Below are positions 44,820 through 55,217 of a DNA stretch of 64,000 bases, piece after piece (within the stretch, counting starts at the first letter, position 1; the number at the start of each line of letters is the position of its first letter). This DNA comes from an uncultured delta proteobacterium (GTDB lineage Bacteria > Desulfobacterota > Binatia > Binatales > Binataceae), in NCBI GenBank assembly GCA_963711565.1, contig CAVQEQ010000003.1, positions 736,001 to 800,000 of the forward strand, read 5' to 3'. Made by a program: the position numbers and the translations under genes. The notes under the pieces are model-generated. The model searched no databases and had not been told where the DNA came from. It worked only from the letters and a program-made list of their open reading frames with translations.

Positions 44820-45770
44820 ATGCGCGCGCTGGTATTCGATCGCAAGCTGGAATTTCGCGGCGACTATCCTGATCCCGTCGCCGCGCCCAGCGAGAGTATC
44901 GTGCGCGTCTCGGTTGCCGGCGTGTGCGGAACCGACCTCGAGATCGCGCGCGGCTACATGCAATACCGCGGAGTGCCGGGACATGAATTCGCCGGCCGTA
45001 TCGTCGAATCGCAAAACGCCGCGCTCCGTGGGAAACGCGTCGTTGGCGAGATCAACGCCGGATGCGGCCGATGCGCGACTTGCTCCGCCGGTCTCGCGCG
45101 TCATTGCCCCAATCGCACCGTGCTTGGAATCCTCGGCCGCGACGGCGCCTTCGCGGATTTCCTTCGTCTGCCCAACGTCAACCTGATTCCAATTCCCGAT
45201 TCGATCCCCGACAACGTCGCGGTGTTCGTCGAGCCTCTCGCGGCGGCGTACGAAATCTTCGAGCAGGTCCACCTGGCGCGGAACCAGACAATAGTGGTGA
45301 TTGGCGACGGCAGGCTCGGCGCGCTCGTTGCCCTCGTGCTCAAGGGCGAGCAGTACGTGCCGATCGTAGCGGGCCATCATCGGGATAAACTCGCGCGGCT
45401 CGCCGAACTCGGACTCGAGACCGCCGAGGAATCTTCCCTGCGCGAAAAATTCAACGTCGCGATCGATTGCAGCGGAAGCGAATCCGGATTTCGGCGCGCC
45501 GCCGAGCTGGTCCGCCCGCGCGGAAAGATCTTACTGAAGAGCACTGCGGCAGCGGCGGCGGAAATCAACCTCGCGCCGATCGTCGTAAATGAAATCAGCA
45601 TGATCGGCTCGCGATGCGGCCGCTTTCAGCCCGCACTCGACGCAATCGCGGCGGGCAAAATCGATCCGCGCGCGCTGATCGATGGCAGCTTCGCGCTCGA
45701 AGACGGCCTGCTCGCTTTCGAGGCCGCAAAGAACCCGCGCAACTTCAAAATCCTGCTGAGAACGCCGTGA
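44820..45770 (+). CDS. Zinc-dependent MDR-family alcohol dehydrogenase
   Basis: GVCGTD, GHEF, structural Zn site CGRCATC...C, EPLAAA, GDGRLG and GSRCG. Confidence 0.9.
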   Translation: MRALVFDRKLEFRGDYPDPVAAPSESIVRVSVAGVCGTDLEIARGYMQYRGVPGHEFAGRIVESQNAALRGKRVVGEINAGCGRCATCSAGLARHCPNRTVLGILGRDGAFADFLRLPNVNLIPIPDSIPDNVAVFVEPLAAAYEIFEQVHLARNQTIVVIGDGRLGALVALVLKGEQYVPIVAGHHRDKLARLAELGLETAEESSLREKFNVAIDCSGSESGFRRAAELVRPRGKILLKSTAAAAAEINLAPIVVNEISMIGSRCGRFQPALDAIAAGKIDPRALIDGSFALEDGLLAFEAAKNPRNFKILLRTP

Positions 45771-47743
45771 AGCGGCGGAGCGCCGGTCGAATCTTGGTCG
45801 GTATCGACACCGGCGGCACCTTCACCGACCTCGTCGCGCTCGTCGGCAGCGAAATCCGCGTGCACAAAGTGCTCTCGACGCCGGCCGACCCCGCCGACGC
45901 TGTAATCCGTGGACTGCGCGAGATGCTTGCGGGCGCGCCCCCTGAGTCGGTCACCTACAGTTCCACCGTCGCGACCAACGCGCTGCTTGAGAAGAAAGGC
46001 GCGCGCGTCGCGATGTTCACCAACGCGGGCTTCGAGGACCTGATCGAGATCGGCCGCCAGAACCGCGACGACCTGTACGCGCTGGCGCCGTCGCGGCCCG
46101 AGCCGCTTGTCAGTCGCTCGATGCGCTTCGGCGTCGCCGAGCGCACGCTGTTCGACGGCAGCATCATCAGACAGCTCGGGCGCGCCGAGCTCGCGCGAAT
46201 TCGCCGGCTCGCATCACGCAGTGGCGCCGACGCGTTCGCCATCTGCCTGCTCCATTCGTACGCCAATCCGAAAGGCGAGGAATCTATCGCGCGCGCGCTG
46301 GCGCCACTAGGCCGGCCGCTCTCGGTCTCGCATCGGATTCTCGCCGAGTATCGCGAATACGAGCGCTTCTCGACTGCGGTTGTGAACGCGTATGTCGCGC
46401 CGCGGATGTCGTCGCATCTGAAAAACCTCGAGACCCGGCTCGAAGGCGCGGGGCTCCGCGTGATGCAATCCAACGGCAGCGCGATCGGCACCGAGTTGGC
46501 GCGCGCGGAACCGGTGCGAACGATTCTCTCCGGTCCCGCGGCCGGCGTGATTGGCGCAGCAAGCCTCGCGCGCGCGTTCGCCACCGATCGCTTCATCACC
46601 TTTGACATGGGCGGGACCTCGACCAACGTCTCGCTGTTCGACCGCCGCGCGCGAATACGCACACTGAGTCATCCCGACGGCTACGCGGTGCGCACGCCAG
46701 TGATTGACATTCACACCGTCGGCGCAGGCGGCGGGTCGATCGCTCGGATTGACGCGGGCGGCTCGCTGCGAGTCGGGCCCGATAGCGCGGGCGCCGATCC
46801 CGGACCCGCATGCTACGGACGCGGCGAGTTGTGTACCGTGACCGACGCCGACCTGGTCGCGGGCAGATTGGTCGCGGCGAATTTCCTCGGCGGCCGGATG
46901 AAGCTTTATCCGGATCGCGCCGAGCATGCCGTGTCGCGGATCGCGCGCGAGATGAAAACGAATCCACTCGCAGCGGCGCGCGGCATCATTCGCGTCGTCA
47001 ATGCGAACATGGAGCGCGCGATTCGCGTGATCACGGTCGAGCGCGGCTACGATCCGCGCGACTTCGCGTTGCTGGCGTTCGGCGGCGCGGGCCCGATGCA
47101 TGCGTGTGAGCTGGCGCTCGACCTGGGCATCCGGCGAATCGTGATGCCGCGAAATCCCGGTCTGCTGTGCGCATGGGGGGCGTCGAGCGCGCCTCTGGGG
47201 CGCGAGTATTCTCTGACGGTGCGCGAGACCAATCCGAACTACTGCCGCCTGCTCGCGCGCGCCGCGGCACTCGTGCGTCGCGCTCGCGCCGAGCTCGCGG
47301 CTGAAGGTGCGCGCGCGATTCGTCACGAACTGTGGACCGACATGCGCTATCGCGGGCAGTCGTACGAACTCGAAATCGCGCTCACGCCGCGATTCATCGC
47401 CGATTTCCACTCGACGCATCGCAGAACTTTCGGACATTCCTCGACGACTGCCCCTGTCGAAGTTGTAAATATCCGCATCCGCGCAGTCGCTGGCGAAGCG
47501 GCCGCCACGCCGAGACGAATCGCGCGCCACGTCGGAAAACCGACGCCGGTCTCCAGCGGACGCGTGCTGGTCGGCGGCCGGGCACGCGTGATCCCGATTT
47601 ACGAGCGAGACTCGCTTGGTGCGGGCGCGCGCGTGCGCGGGCCAATCGTCGTCGTCGAGCTGAGCTCCACTGCGTACGTCGCGCCGGAATTCACTTTGCG
47701 CGTGGACGACTTCGGCAATCTGCAATTGGAGGCGACGCGATGA
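45767..47743 (+). CDS. Hydantoinase/oxoprolinase subunit A (HyuA-like)
   Basis: GIDTGGTFTD, STVATNALLE, SGPAAG, DMGGTS, GAGGGS, SAGADPGPACYG and FGGAG. GTG overlaps the ADH stop. Confidence 0.93.
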   Translation: MKRRSAGRILVGIDTGGTFTDLVALVGSEIRVHKVLSTPADPADAVIRGLREMLAGAPPESVTYSSTVATNALLEKKGARVAMFTNAGFEDLIEIGRQNRDDLYALAPSRPEPLVSRSMRFGVAERTLFDGSIIRQLGRAELARIRRLASRSGADAFAICLLHSYANPKGEESIARALAPLGRPLSVSHRILAEYREYERFSTAVVNAYVAPRMSSHLKNLETRLEGAGLRVMQSNGSAIGTELARAEPVRTILSGPAAGVIGAASLARAFATDRFITFDMGGTSTNVSLFDRRARIRTLSHPDGYAVRTPVIDIHTVGAGGGSIARIDAGGSLRVGPDSAGADPGPACYGRGELCTVTDADLVAGRLVAANFLGGRMKLYPDRAEHAVSRIAREMKTNPLAAARGIIRVVNANMERAIRVITVERGYDPRDFALLAFGGAGPMHACELALDLGIRRIVMPRNPGLLCAWGASSAPLGREYSLTVRETNPNYCRLLARAAALVRRARAELAAEGARAIRHELWTDMRYRGQSYELEIALTPRFIADFHSTHRRTFGHSSTTAPVEVVNIRIRAVAGEAAATPRRIARHVGKPTPVSSGRVLVGGRARVIPIYERDSLGAGARVRGPIVVVELSSTAYVAPEFTLRVDDFGNLQLEATR

Positions 47744-49305
47744 AGCTCGATTCCGTCACGCTGGCCGTGATGAATAATCGCCTCGCGGCGATCGCGGACG
47801 AGATGGGCGTCGTGCTCGGGCAGACGGCGTTTTCGCCGAACATCAAGGAGCGGCATGATTTCTCGTGCGCGATTTTCGACGCGCGCGGCGAGTTGGTCGC
47901 GCAAGCCGCGCACATTCCGGTCCACCTCGGCTCCACCCCGCTATCGGTGCGCGCGGCGATCGCGAATCTCGATCTCGGGCGCGGCGACGTTGCGGCGCTG
48001 AACGATCCATTCGCCGGCGGAACGCATCTGCCGGACTTGACCCTGGTCGCACCGGTGTTCATCGGCAACGAGCGACGGCCGTTTGCGTACGCCGCCAACC
48101 GTGCCCATCACGCTGATATCGGCGGGATCGCGCCGGGCTCGATGGCGCTCGCGACGGAAATTTACCAGGAAGGCTTCCGATTGCCGCCGGTGAAAATCGT
48201 CACGGCCGGCGAAATCGCGCGCGACGTGATGACGCTGTTTCTCGCGAACACGCGCGTTCGCGAGGAACGCGAGGGCGACTTGCGCGCGCAGATTGCCGCG
48301 TTGTCGGTCGGCGCCGAGCGGTTGCTTGCGATCGTAAAATCGTCGGGACGGAAAACGGTCGAGGCCGCGATGGATGGGCTCAAGAATTACGCGGAGCGCC
48401 TGATGATCGCGGCGCTTAAGAAGCTTCGCCCGGGAACGTATCGCGCCGAGGATTTTCTCGACGACGACGGCTTCGGCACCGGCCCGATTCCGATTCACGT
48501 CGCAATCAGGATTGGCGGCGGCAACGCGATCGTCGATTTCACCGGCTCCGCGCCGCAGGTGCGCGGTTCGGTCAACGCCAACTATGCGATCACGCTGTCC
48601 GCGACTTTTTACGTCATGAAATGTCTCGCAGCCGAGGCCGTGCCCGCCAACGAGGGCCTGATGCGCCCGATCAAGCTCATCGCGCCGTCGGGATCGATCG
48701 TCAACGCGTTGGCTCCTGCCGCGGTCGCGGGCGGCAACGTCGAGACCTCGCAGCGGATTGTCGATGTTCTGTTTCGCGCGCTCGCCAAAGCTGCGCCGGA
48801 TCGCATTCCGGCGGCGAGTTCGGGCTCGATGTCGAATCTCACGGTCGGCGGCTTCGATCGATTTCGCGATCGTCATTTCTCTTATTACGAAACTATCGCG
48901 GGCGGCGCGGGCGGCGCGAAGGGCAGGCCCGGCGCGTCGGGAATCCACACTCACATGACCAACACGCTCAACACGCCGATCGAGGCGCTCGAGGCTTACT
49001 ACCCGATGCGGATCACCGAGTACCGAATGCGCCGCAACTCGGGTGGACGCGGTCAAGCGCGCGGCGGCGACGGATTGATTCGCGAGCTCGAGTGCCTCGT
49101 CGATGCCAACGTAAGCGTGCTCACCGAGCGGCGAACAATCGCGCCGTACGGACTTGCCGGCGGTGGGTCGGGCGCGATCGGCAAAAACATTCTCGTGCGC
49201 GGCACGCGTCGAAGCCGCTTACCCGGCAAGGCAAACATTGACCTCAAGGCCGGCGATCGCATTCGAATCGAGACACCCGGCGGCGGCGGCTGGGGCCGTC
49301 GTTAG
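47740..49305 (+). CDS. Hydantoinase B/oxoprolinase subunit
   Basis: SPNIKERHDFSCA, HIPVHLG, NDPFAGGTHLPD, HHADIGG, HMTNT and TPGGGGWG motifs. Confidence 0.94.
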   Translation: MKLDSVTLAVMNNRLAAIADEMGVVLGQTAFSPNIKERHDFSCAIFDARGELVAQAAHIPVHLGSTPLSVRAAIANLDLGRGDVAALNDPFAGGTHLPDLTLVAPVFIGNERRPFAYAANRAHHADIGGIAPGSMALATEIYQEGFRLPPVKIVTAGEIARDVMTLFLANTRVREEREGDLRAQIAALSVGAERLLAIVKSSGRKTVEAAMDGLKNYAERLMIAALKKLRPGTYRAEDFLDDDGFGTGPIPIHVAIRIGGGNAIVDFTGSAPQVRGSVNANYAITLSATFYVMKCLAAEAVPANEGLMRPIKLIAPSGSIVNALAPAAVAGGNVETSQRIVDVLFRALAKAAPDRIPAASSGSMSNLTVGGFDRFRDRHFSYYETIAGGAGGAKGRPGASGIHTHMTNTLNTPIEALEAYYPMRITEYRMRRNSGGRGQARGGDGLIRELECLVDANVSVLTERRTIAPYGLAGGGSGAIGKNILVRGTRRSRLPGKANIDLKAGDRIRIETPGGGGWGRR

Positions 49306-50530
49306 ACGACGCCGCTCTCACGCAGGCGCTTGCGGGCGTCGGCGTCGATTCCAAGTTCCGCCAGGATTTCGTCCGTATGCGCTCCCAGAGCCGGTGCGCC
49401 ACTTCTTATCCTCGTCGGCGTGCGCGAGAACTTCGCCGCCGGCCCGGTAATCGGCGCGAGCTTGCCGTCTTCCTGCTCGACTTGCTGGAGCATGTCGCGC
49501 TCGAGCGTGTGCGGACAACGCGCCGCCTCCGCGTAAGTTCTCACCTTGGCGCACGGGATGCCTTCCTTCGCGCACTCGTCGACCGCTTCATCGACGGTGC
49601 GCGCCTCGCACCACTTTGCAAACATTTCGTTGCACTCCTTGCGATTGCTCATGCGGCCGGGAATCGTCGCGTAGCCATCGTGATGCGCAAGATCGTCGCG
49701 TCCGGCCATCCTGGCCAGCACTTTCCAGTGAGTGTCGAGCAACACGCCGGCCATCACCAGTCCGTCGCGGCATTGGTAAGTGTTGGTGGGAACGGAGAAC
49801 GGAATTTCGTTGCCCCATCGCTTGAGTTCGACCCCCATCGCGCCGAGCGTCAGGTTGCCGTTGGACTGAAACAGCATCGCGTCGAGCATCGCGACATCGA
49901 CATGTTGCCCTTCGCCGGTGCGATCACGATGACGCAGCGCACCGAGCGCGCCGATCGCACCGTGCAATCCGCCGAGGTCGTCGCAGAGCCAGGTCGGCGC
50001 TTTGGTCGGCGGTCCGTCGGGGCTGCCGTTCAGAGAAATGAAGCCGCCCATCGCCTGCGCGAGCGGATCGTACGCGACCCGATCGTGAATCGGGCCGAAT
50101 TGCCCGTAGCCGCTGATCGACACGTAGATGATGTCCGGCTTGACGGCGCGAACGTGATCGAAGCCGACGCCCCATTTCTCGAAAGTGCCGGGGCGGAAAT
50201 TCTGCACGATGATATCGGAGCGCGCCGCAAGTTTCAGAAAAATTTCGCGACCCTCGTCACGGCGAAGGTCGAGCGTCAGGCTGCGCTTGTTGCGATTGAC
50301 CGTCGCCTGCGCGTATCCAATCTGCTTCTCGTGCCCCGGCAGCGCCGGCGGATCCGCCGCGCGACTTCGCCTTCGTGCGCCTCGACCTTGATCACGTCGG
50401 CGCCGAGGTCGGCGAGGATGCACGCGCACATCGGTCCCGCCCAGCTCGTCGTGGCGTCGATCACGCGAACGCCGTCGAGCGGGCCGGTCAAGTCGCGCCG
50501 CGCGTCCCGGTAGAACTCGGATTTTTCCAT
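49302..50530 (-). pseudogene. Class III CoA-transferase with a 1-nt deletion near 50350 (possibly a sequencing error)
   Basis: The N-terminus [10 protein letters not shown]...[12 protein letters not shown] and the remainder NRNKRSL...APALGAHT are in different frames. ATC-CGC needs one more C to read IPPALPG. Confidence 0.85.
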
Positions 50531-50630
50531 TGCGCACTTCCTCCCAGGCGCTCGAATCGTACTGCTGGAGAGCCGCCTTCGACAAACGCGGAAGTGGCGC
50601 GCCGGCGAGCGGCCCGCTAGCTTGAGCACG

Positions 50631-51041
50631 ATGGCGGAGCAGCAATTCTTCGTGGGCATCCATGGCGTGATCGCCAGCCGCGGGCGAATGCTCGTGCTGA
50701 AGCGCGCGCCCATGATGAATTATCGCGCCGGTAGCTGGGACCTTCCCGGCGGCCATCTTGCGCTCGGCGAAAGTTTCGAGGATTGCCTGCTGCGCGAGGT
50801 CAAGGAGGAAACCGCGCTCGACGTTGCGATCGACCACCTGCTCGGATTGAACAGCATGGCGCCGGAACCCTACCTGCAAGCGCTCTACTCGTGCCGGCTG
50901 ACGGTTTTTCAGAAAGTGCAACTGCGGCCCGACGAACACGTCGAGCATCGATGGGTCACGCCGGCCGAACTCGCGAGCCTCGAGTTGATTCCGTATCTCG
51001 CGGCGATTCTGAAGCGCGGCATGCTGAGTTACGTGAAGTGA
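50631..51041 (+). CDS. NUDIX hydrolase
   Basis: WDLPGG and Nudix box [18 protein letters not shown]. Confidence 0.9.
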   Translation: MAEQQFFVGIHGVIASRGRMLVLKRAPMMNYRAGSWDLPGGHLALGESFEDCLLREVKEETALDVAIDHLLGLNSMAPEPYLQALYSCRLTVFQKVQLRPDEHVEHRWVTPAELASLELIPYLAAILKRGMLSYVK

Positions 51042-51054
51042 TCGCGATGCCGCT

Positions 51055-51957
51055 CTATCGTGCGATCAGACGCCCGCGCCAGTAGCCGAAGAAGTTTGCG
51101 CACTCGAGTTCGTGATAAATCGCACGCTCCGAATCCCCGCGCATCGCGGCAGACGCCATCCGGACTCCGTTACGAACCAGCTTGTCGAGGCGATTGTGAT
51201 TTTGCAGTCCCGCAAATCCGGTGCCCATGCCGAAAGCGAAACTCTTGCGTCGCAGGTACGCGTGCGTCATCCGTTCGGCCGGGATCAGATGATGTACAAT
51301 CGCGCGCGGCGCAAAACCCATCGCGCCGTCGCGCGCCAAAATCCGCGCAAACAGTTCCGTGTCCTCACCTGAGATCGGATTGCCGCCGACCACACCGAGG
51401 TCCTCGCGAAATTTCCCGAACCGCGCGAACGCATTGCGCTTAAATCCGACGTTGGCGCTGAAATAGTTGTCGAGCCGCTCGGCGGCCGCCGTTGGCCCCG
51501 ATTCGATCGCACGGCGGTCGTGAACGGCGAGCTTGACCCACAGGCTCGGCCCCAGCCACTTGGGCGGTGGCGACGACCATCGCGGAAGAACCATTCCGCA
51601 CGCCGCGTCGAGGTCGCGCCGCCGCATCGCGTCAAGCAGTTCGGCGGCCCAATCACGCTCGGCCACAGCGTCGTCGTCGATAAAGAAGATGTAGTCCGAC
51701 GCGGTTTCGTCCACCGCACGATTTCTCGCAAAGCTCGAACCCATCCGCTGCTCGAACACGCGACGCATCGGCAGGGCCGCGTCCCGCGCGAAGTCATCGA
51801 CCACCGACGCGGTATCGTCAGTCGATGCGTTGTCGATGACGAGGCAGTCCGCCTCGACGCCGGCCGGAATCGCGAGCGCCGAGACGCTCGCGAGCGTGTC
51901 GCGCACAAGCGCTGCGCGATTGTGCGTGGGGATCGCGATTGTGAGCTTGATTGCCAA
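51055..51957 (-). CDS. Glycosyltransferase family 2
   Basis: IAIPTHNR, IDNASTD, ARN, FIDDD and GEDTE motifs. Confidence 0.9.
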   Translation of the reverse strand: MAIKLTIAIPTHNRAALVRDTLASVSALAIPAGVEADCLVIDNASTDDTASVVDDFARDAALPMRRVFEQRMGSSFARNRAVDETASDYIFFIDDDAVAERDWAAELLDAMRRRDLDAACGMVLPRWSSPPPKWLGPSLWVKLAVHDRRAIESGPTAAAERLDNYFSANVGFKRNAFARFGKFREDLGVVGGNPISGEDTELFARILARDGAMGFAPRAIVHHLIPAERMTHAYLRRKSFAFGMGTGFAGLQNHNRLDKLVRNGVRMASAAMRGDSERAIYHELECANFFGYWRGRLIAR

Positions 51958-52071
51958 GGTGGTCGTGCGCGGCGGCGACGCCGCCGCGCATCATCATAAT
52001 ACCGAACTGCGCCCCGCACCGGATAACCGGTGCGCGGCGCAGCTCGGCCTGACGCGGCGCTCCGCGCCGCG

Positions 52072-53238
52072 TCAGTGACTCGCCGCGCCCGCCGGCGCGG
52101 GCGCGGCCGCTGCCGACGCACTCGCCGTCGGCGATGCCCCCGGCGCCGGCGTCGGCGTCGCCGGCTTCGGCAGCGGCGCCCCAGATTGCGTGAACACGAT
52201 CAACGTCACCGTCAGGTCCGGCGTCGCCTTCTGCTGCACTTCGGGATCCGCCGTCAGCCGGAATCCGAAGTTGCGCGTCTCACCCGGCACGAACGGCAGC
52301 ACCGGCCGCCCGAAGTTGGTGAACTCCAGCGGCGTCGCGATCGGCGTGTGCATCTCGGTGAAAACCGCCTTCTTGTTTTTCCCCTTGCCCTCGTAATACG
52401 TGACCGTGAACTGAACCTCGTCGATCGGCTTGTCGCCGCTATTCGTCATCTTGCCGAAAATTCCCGGCACTCGCGATGCCGACATCTTCATGTCCACGTC
52501 GCTCAGCACGATCTTCGGGATGTACGCCTCTGCGTCGGGCATCTGTTTCTGCGCGTTCTGGATATCGGTTAGCTCGCGTCCGTATTGGAACTTGAGGCCC
52601 GCGTTGCCGGTTGCCTCCGACTTGTCCAGCTCGTCGATTATTTTCTGATAGGCGGCTATCGCCTTGTCGTAGTCGTGCTGATGGTAGAGATCGACCGCGT
52701 CCTTGTGTTCCTTGATGATATTTTCTCTCGACGGAAAATCGACCAACAGCCGCCATTCGCCATTCTGCTGCACCATCACCATGTCATCGTCGTAGGTAAC
52801 CTTGGGGTAGGTGCCGTCTGTCAGGTCCTTTTGCGCGGGCTGGTCGGGCGTCTGATCTCCGGTGAGGCCGGCATTTATCGTCCGCTCCCAGAGCGCGAGA
52901 TCGGGCGCCGTCACGCTGACAGTGACTATTGCCTTGTCGCCGTCGATCTTCGCGTCGCCGACTTTGTAGTCGTAAGTGCGCAGGATGCCCTTGAACCAGT
53001 CCTTGCTCACGTCGGGCGCCATCGGAATTTCGCTGAGGAACTGATCCATCGTGCGATCGACCTGGTCCTGATGCGACAGCGCCTCGTAGGTGGCCGGATA
53101 ATTGTAGAGTTTAAGGTTGCCGAGATAGTTCTCGGCCGCGGCCTGCGGCGTATGCCCCTGGCATCCCGCCACCAGAAACGCGCAAACTGCCATAGCCGCA
53201 AGCATCGCGCCTTTGGCTTGAATCCTGATTGTCGTCAT
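52072..53238 (-). CDS. Hypothetical lipoprotein (NTF2-like N-domain, TPR-like helix, FxLYD-like C-domain, Pro/Ala tail)
   Basis: Lipobox VAGC, GEWRL, YDKAIAAYQK and GKMTNSGDKPIDEVQFTVTYY. Domain calls are by pattern only. Confidence 0.7.
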   Translation of the reverse strand: MTTIRIQAKGAMLAAMAVCAFLVAGCQGHTPQAAAENYLGNLKLYNYPATYEALSHQDQVDRTMDQFLSEIPMAPDVSKDWFKGILRTYDYKVGDAKIDGDKAIVTVSVTAPDLALWERTINAGLTGDQTPDQPAQKDLTDGTYPKVTYDDDMVMVQQNGEWRLLVDFPSRENIIKEHKDAVDLYHQHDYDKAIAAYQKIIDELDKSEATGNAGLKFQYGRELTDIQNAQKQMPDAEAYIPKIVLSDVDMKMSASRVPGIFGKMTNSGDKPIDEVQFTVTYYEGKGKNKKAVFTEMHTPIATPLEFTNFGRPVLPFVPGETRNFGFRLTADPEVQQKATPDLTVTLIVFTQSGAPLPKPATPTPAPGASPTASASAAAAPAPAGAASH

Positions 53239-53396
53239 CGTCGAAGTTCCTCTTCACGCGCAAACGGGTAGATTTTAATGTCGCTCCCACCAAAAACAAG
53301 TCGGCTCGAATGCCGCCCGTTGGTTCCCTTAGTGGAAGCGACAGTCCTGCTTATCAGAAAAAAGGCGCGCTATGCGACCGGCCACGGACTCGCCGT

Positions 53397-53798
53397 TCAC
53401 GACCCCGTCGGCATTTGCTTGAGCTCGACGACGTTGCCCTCGGTATCGTGCACGTAGAGCGAAAGCCCATTGCCGTGCGCCCCATAGCGCATCACCGGCT
53501 CGCCCAACACCTCTACCGAATGCTCGCGAAGATAGCGCGCGACGTCGTTCAGGTCGCGAGTCGCGACTCCGATGCAAACGTGATCGACGTTCAGTCCGGT
53601 CTCGACCCGCGTACCTGCCGGTGCCGGAATCAAATCGATCAGCCCGCTACCTGCTCGCAACTGGATTAAGCCAAGCTGCTCGAGGCGCCGCTCCTCGCTA
53701 AGGCCCAGGATGCGCGTGTAGAAGTCGTATGTGCGATTGATATCGCGGCATCGAAACACGACGTGGTCCAGCTCTTCGACCTTGAACGGAATTTCCAT
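53397..53798 (-). CDS. VOC/glyoxalase family protein
   Basis: LDHVV, FYTRILGL, VDHVC and DTEGNVVELK motifs. Confidence 0.9.
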   Translation of the reverse strand: MEIPFKVEELDHVVFRCRDINRTYDFYTRILGLSEERRLEQLGLIQLRAGSGLIDLIPAPAGTRVETGLNVDHVCIGVATRDLNDVARYLREHSVEVLGEPVMRYGAHGNGLSLYVHDTEGNVVELKQMPTGS

Positions 53799-53866
53799 AG
53801 CGATACCTTGGAACTACACCTCTGATGCGGATGCTGCCAACACCTTGACGGCCTGAATAACCGGCG

Positions 53867-55096
53867 ATGCTTCCCGGCCACCTCCTGACACTCATCATAT
53901 TCGCCCTGACCTACGCCGTGATCGCGCTAGGCGAGATTCCGTGGGTGCGCATCGATCGCACCGGCGCCGCGTTAGCGGGCGCGGTGGCGATGGTCGTGTC
54001 CGGCGCGCTCAGCGAAGCGGCAGCCGAGCACGCGATCGACTTCCACACGATTGCGCTGCTGCTCGGGATGATGATCGTCGTGGCGAACCTGCGCCTTTCG
54101 GGAGCGTTCGCGTTTTTCGCGCGCGCGCTGCTCAGCCGCGCGCGGTCGGGCTTTGGGATGCTGGCGATGACGGTAGCGGCGTCCGGCCTGCTCGCCGCGT
54201 TCTTCATAAACAACGTCGTATGCCTCGCGCTGACGCCGGTGATTATCGACGCGGCCGAAATCGCGGGCGTCGATCCGATCCCTCTTCTGCTGGGTCTCGC
54301 GACCGCCAGCAACATCGGCAGCGCCGCGACGATCACCGGCAACCCGCAGAACATGATTGTCGCCGGCTTCGCGCATCTCGACTACTCTAGCTTCGCGATT
54401 CACCTAGCGCCTCCCGCAATCATCGGTCTCCTCTTCGACTACCTTGTGATCGCCGCGATTTACCGAAGCTCGCTCGGCGCGACGCGGGTTCCGGCCGACG
54501 ATGGCCTCCGCACGATTCGCGTCAACCGCCCGCTGATGATCAAATCGTCGCTCGTCGCGCTCGCCGTCTTGGCGATGTTCCTTGCGGGCTACCCGACTCA
54601 TCTGGTCGCGATGAGCGCCGGCGTCTTCCTGCTGTTCACACGGCGAATCAAGCCGGCTCGCGTGTATCGACTGATCGATTGGACGTTGCTCGCGATGTTC
54701 ACCGGACTGTTCATCGTGGTGGCCGGCTTCCAGACGACCGGCTTTCTCGCCGACGCGGTGAGCCGGATCGGAGTCCAGCGCTTGACCCATCCGCTGACGC
54801 TGACCGTGGTCGTCGCGATCCTTTCCAACCTCGTGAGCAACGTCCCCGCCGTGCTGCTGTTCCGCCCGCTCTATCCGATGCTTGGCGCGAGCCGCGCGGT
54901 TGCGCTGATGATCGCGAGCGCGAGCACCTACGCGGGAAATCTGACTGTGGTCGGCTCAATCGCCAATCTGATCGTGATCGAGCAGGCGCGGCTGCGGAAG
55001 ATCAACGTGACCTTCGTCAACTACTTGTGCGTCGGCGTGCCAATCACGTTGATCACACTCGCGATCAATACCGCGTTCCTGACTCTCTGGCCGTAG
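53867..55096 (+). CDS. ArsB/NhaD (CitMHS/SLC13-like) anion transporter
   Basis: RIDRTG, ASNIGSAATITGNPQN, VSNVPAV and AGNLTVVGSIANLIV; multiple TMs. Confidence 0.88.
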   Translation: MLPGHLLTLIIFALTYAVIALGEIPWVRIDRTGAALAGAVAMVVSGALSEAAAEHAIDFHTIALLLGMMIVVANLRLSGAFAFFARALLSRARSGFGMLAMTVAASGLLAAFFINNVVCLALTPVIIDAAEIAGVDPIPLLLGLATASNIGSAATITGNPQNMIVAGFAHLDYSSFAIHLAPPAIIGLLFDYLVIAAIYRSSLGATRVPADDGLRTIRVNRPLMIKSSLVALAVLAMFLAGYPTHLVAMSAGVFLLFTRRIKPARVYRLIDWTLLAMFTGLFIVVAGFQTTGFLADAVSRIGVQRLTHPLTLTVVVAILSNLVSNVPAVLLFRPLYPMLGASRAVALMIASASTYAGNLTVVGSIANLIVIEQARLRKINVTFVNYLCVGVPITLITLAINTAFLTLWP

Positions 55097-55102
55097 CGCG
55101 CC

Positions 55103-55167
55103 GCGCGCAACTTTGCGCTTCACACTGGGTGCAGGGGTCACCCCTGCCGCCCGCCGCGGAGGCGATT
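55103..55167 (+). repeat. REP-like element, GCAGGGGTCACCCCTGC family (copy 1)
   Basis: About 65 bp, nearly identical to 56535-56598, with a palindromic core. Confidence 0.85.
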
Positions 55168-55217
55168 ATTCTTTCGGACAGCTTCGCGTCAGCGAAGCCG
55201 GTACCGGCTCTTCGTCG

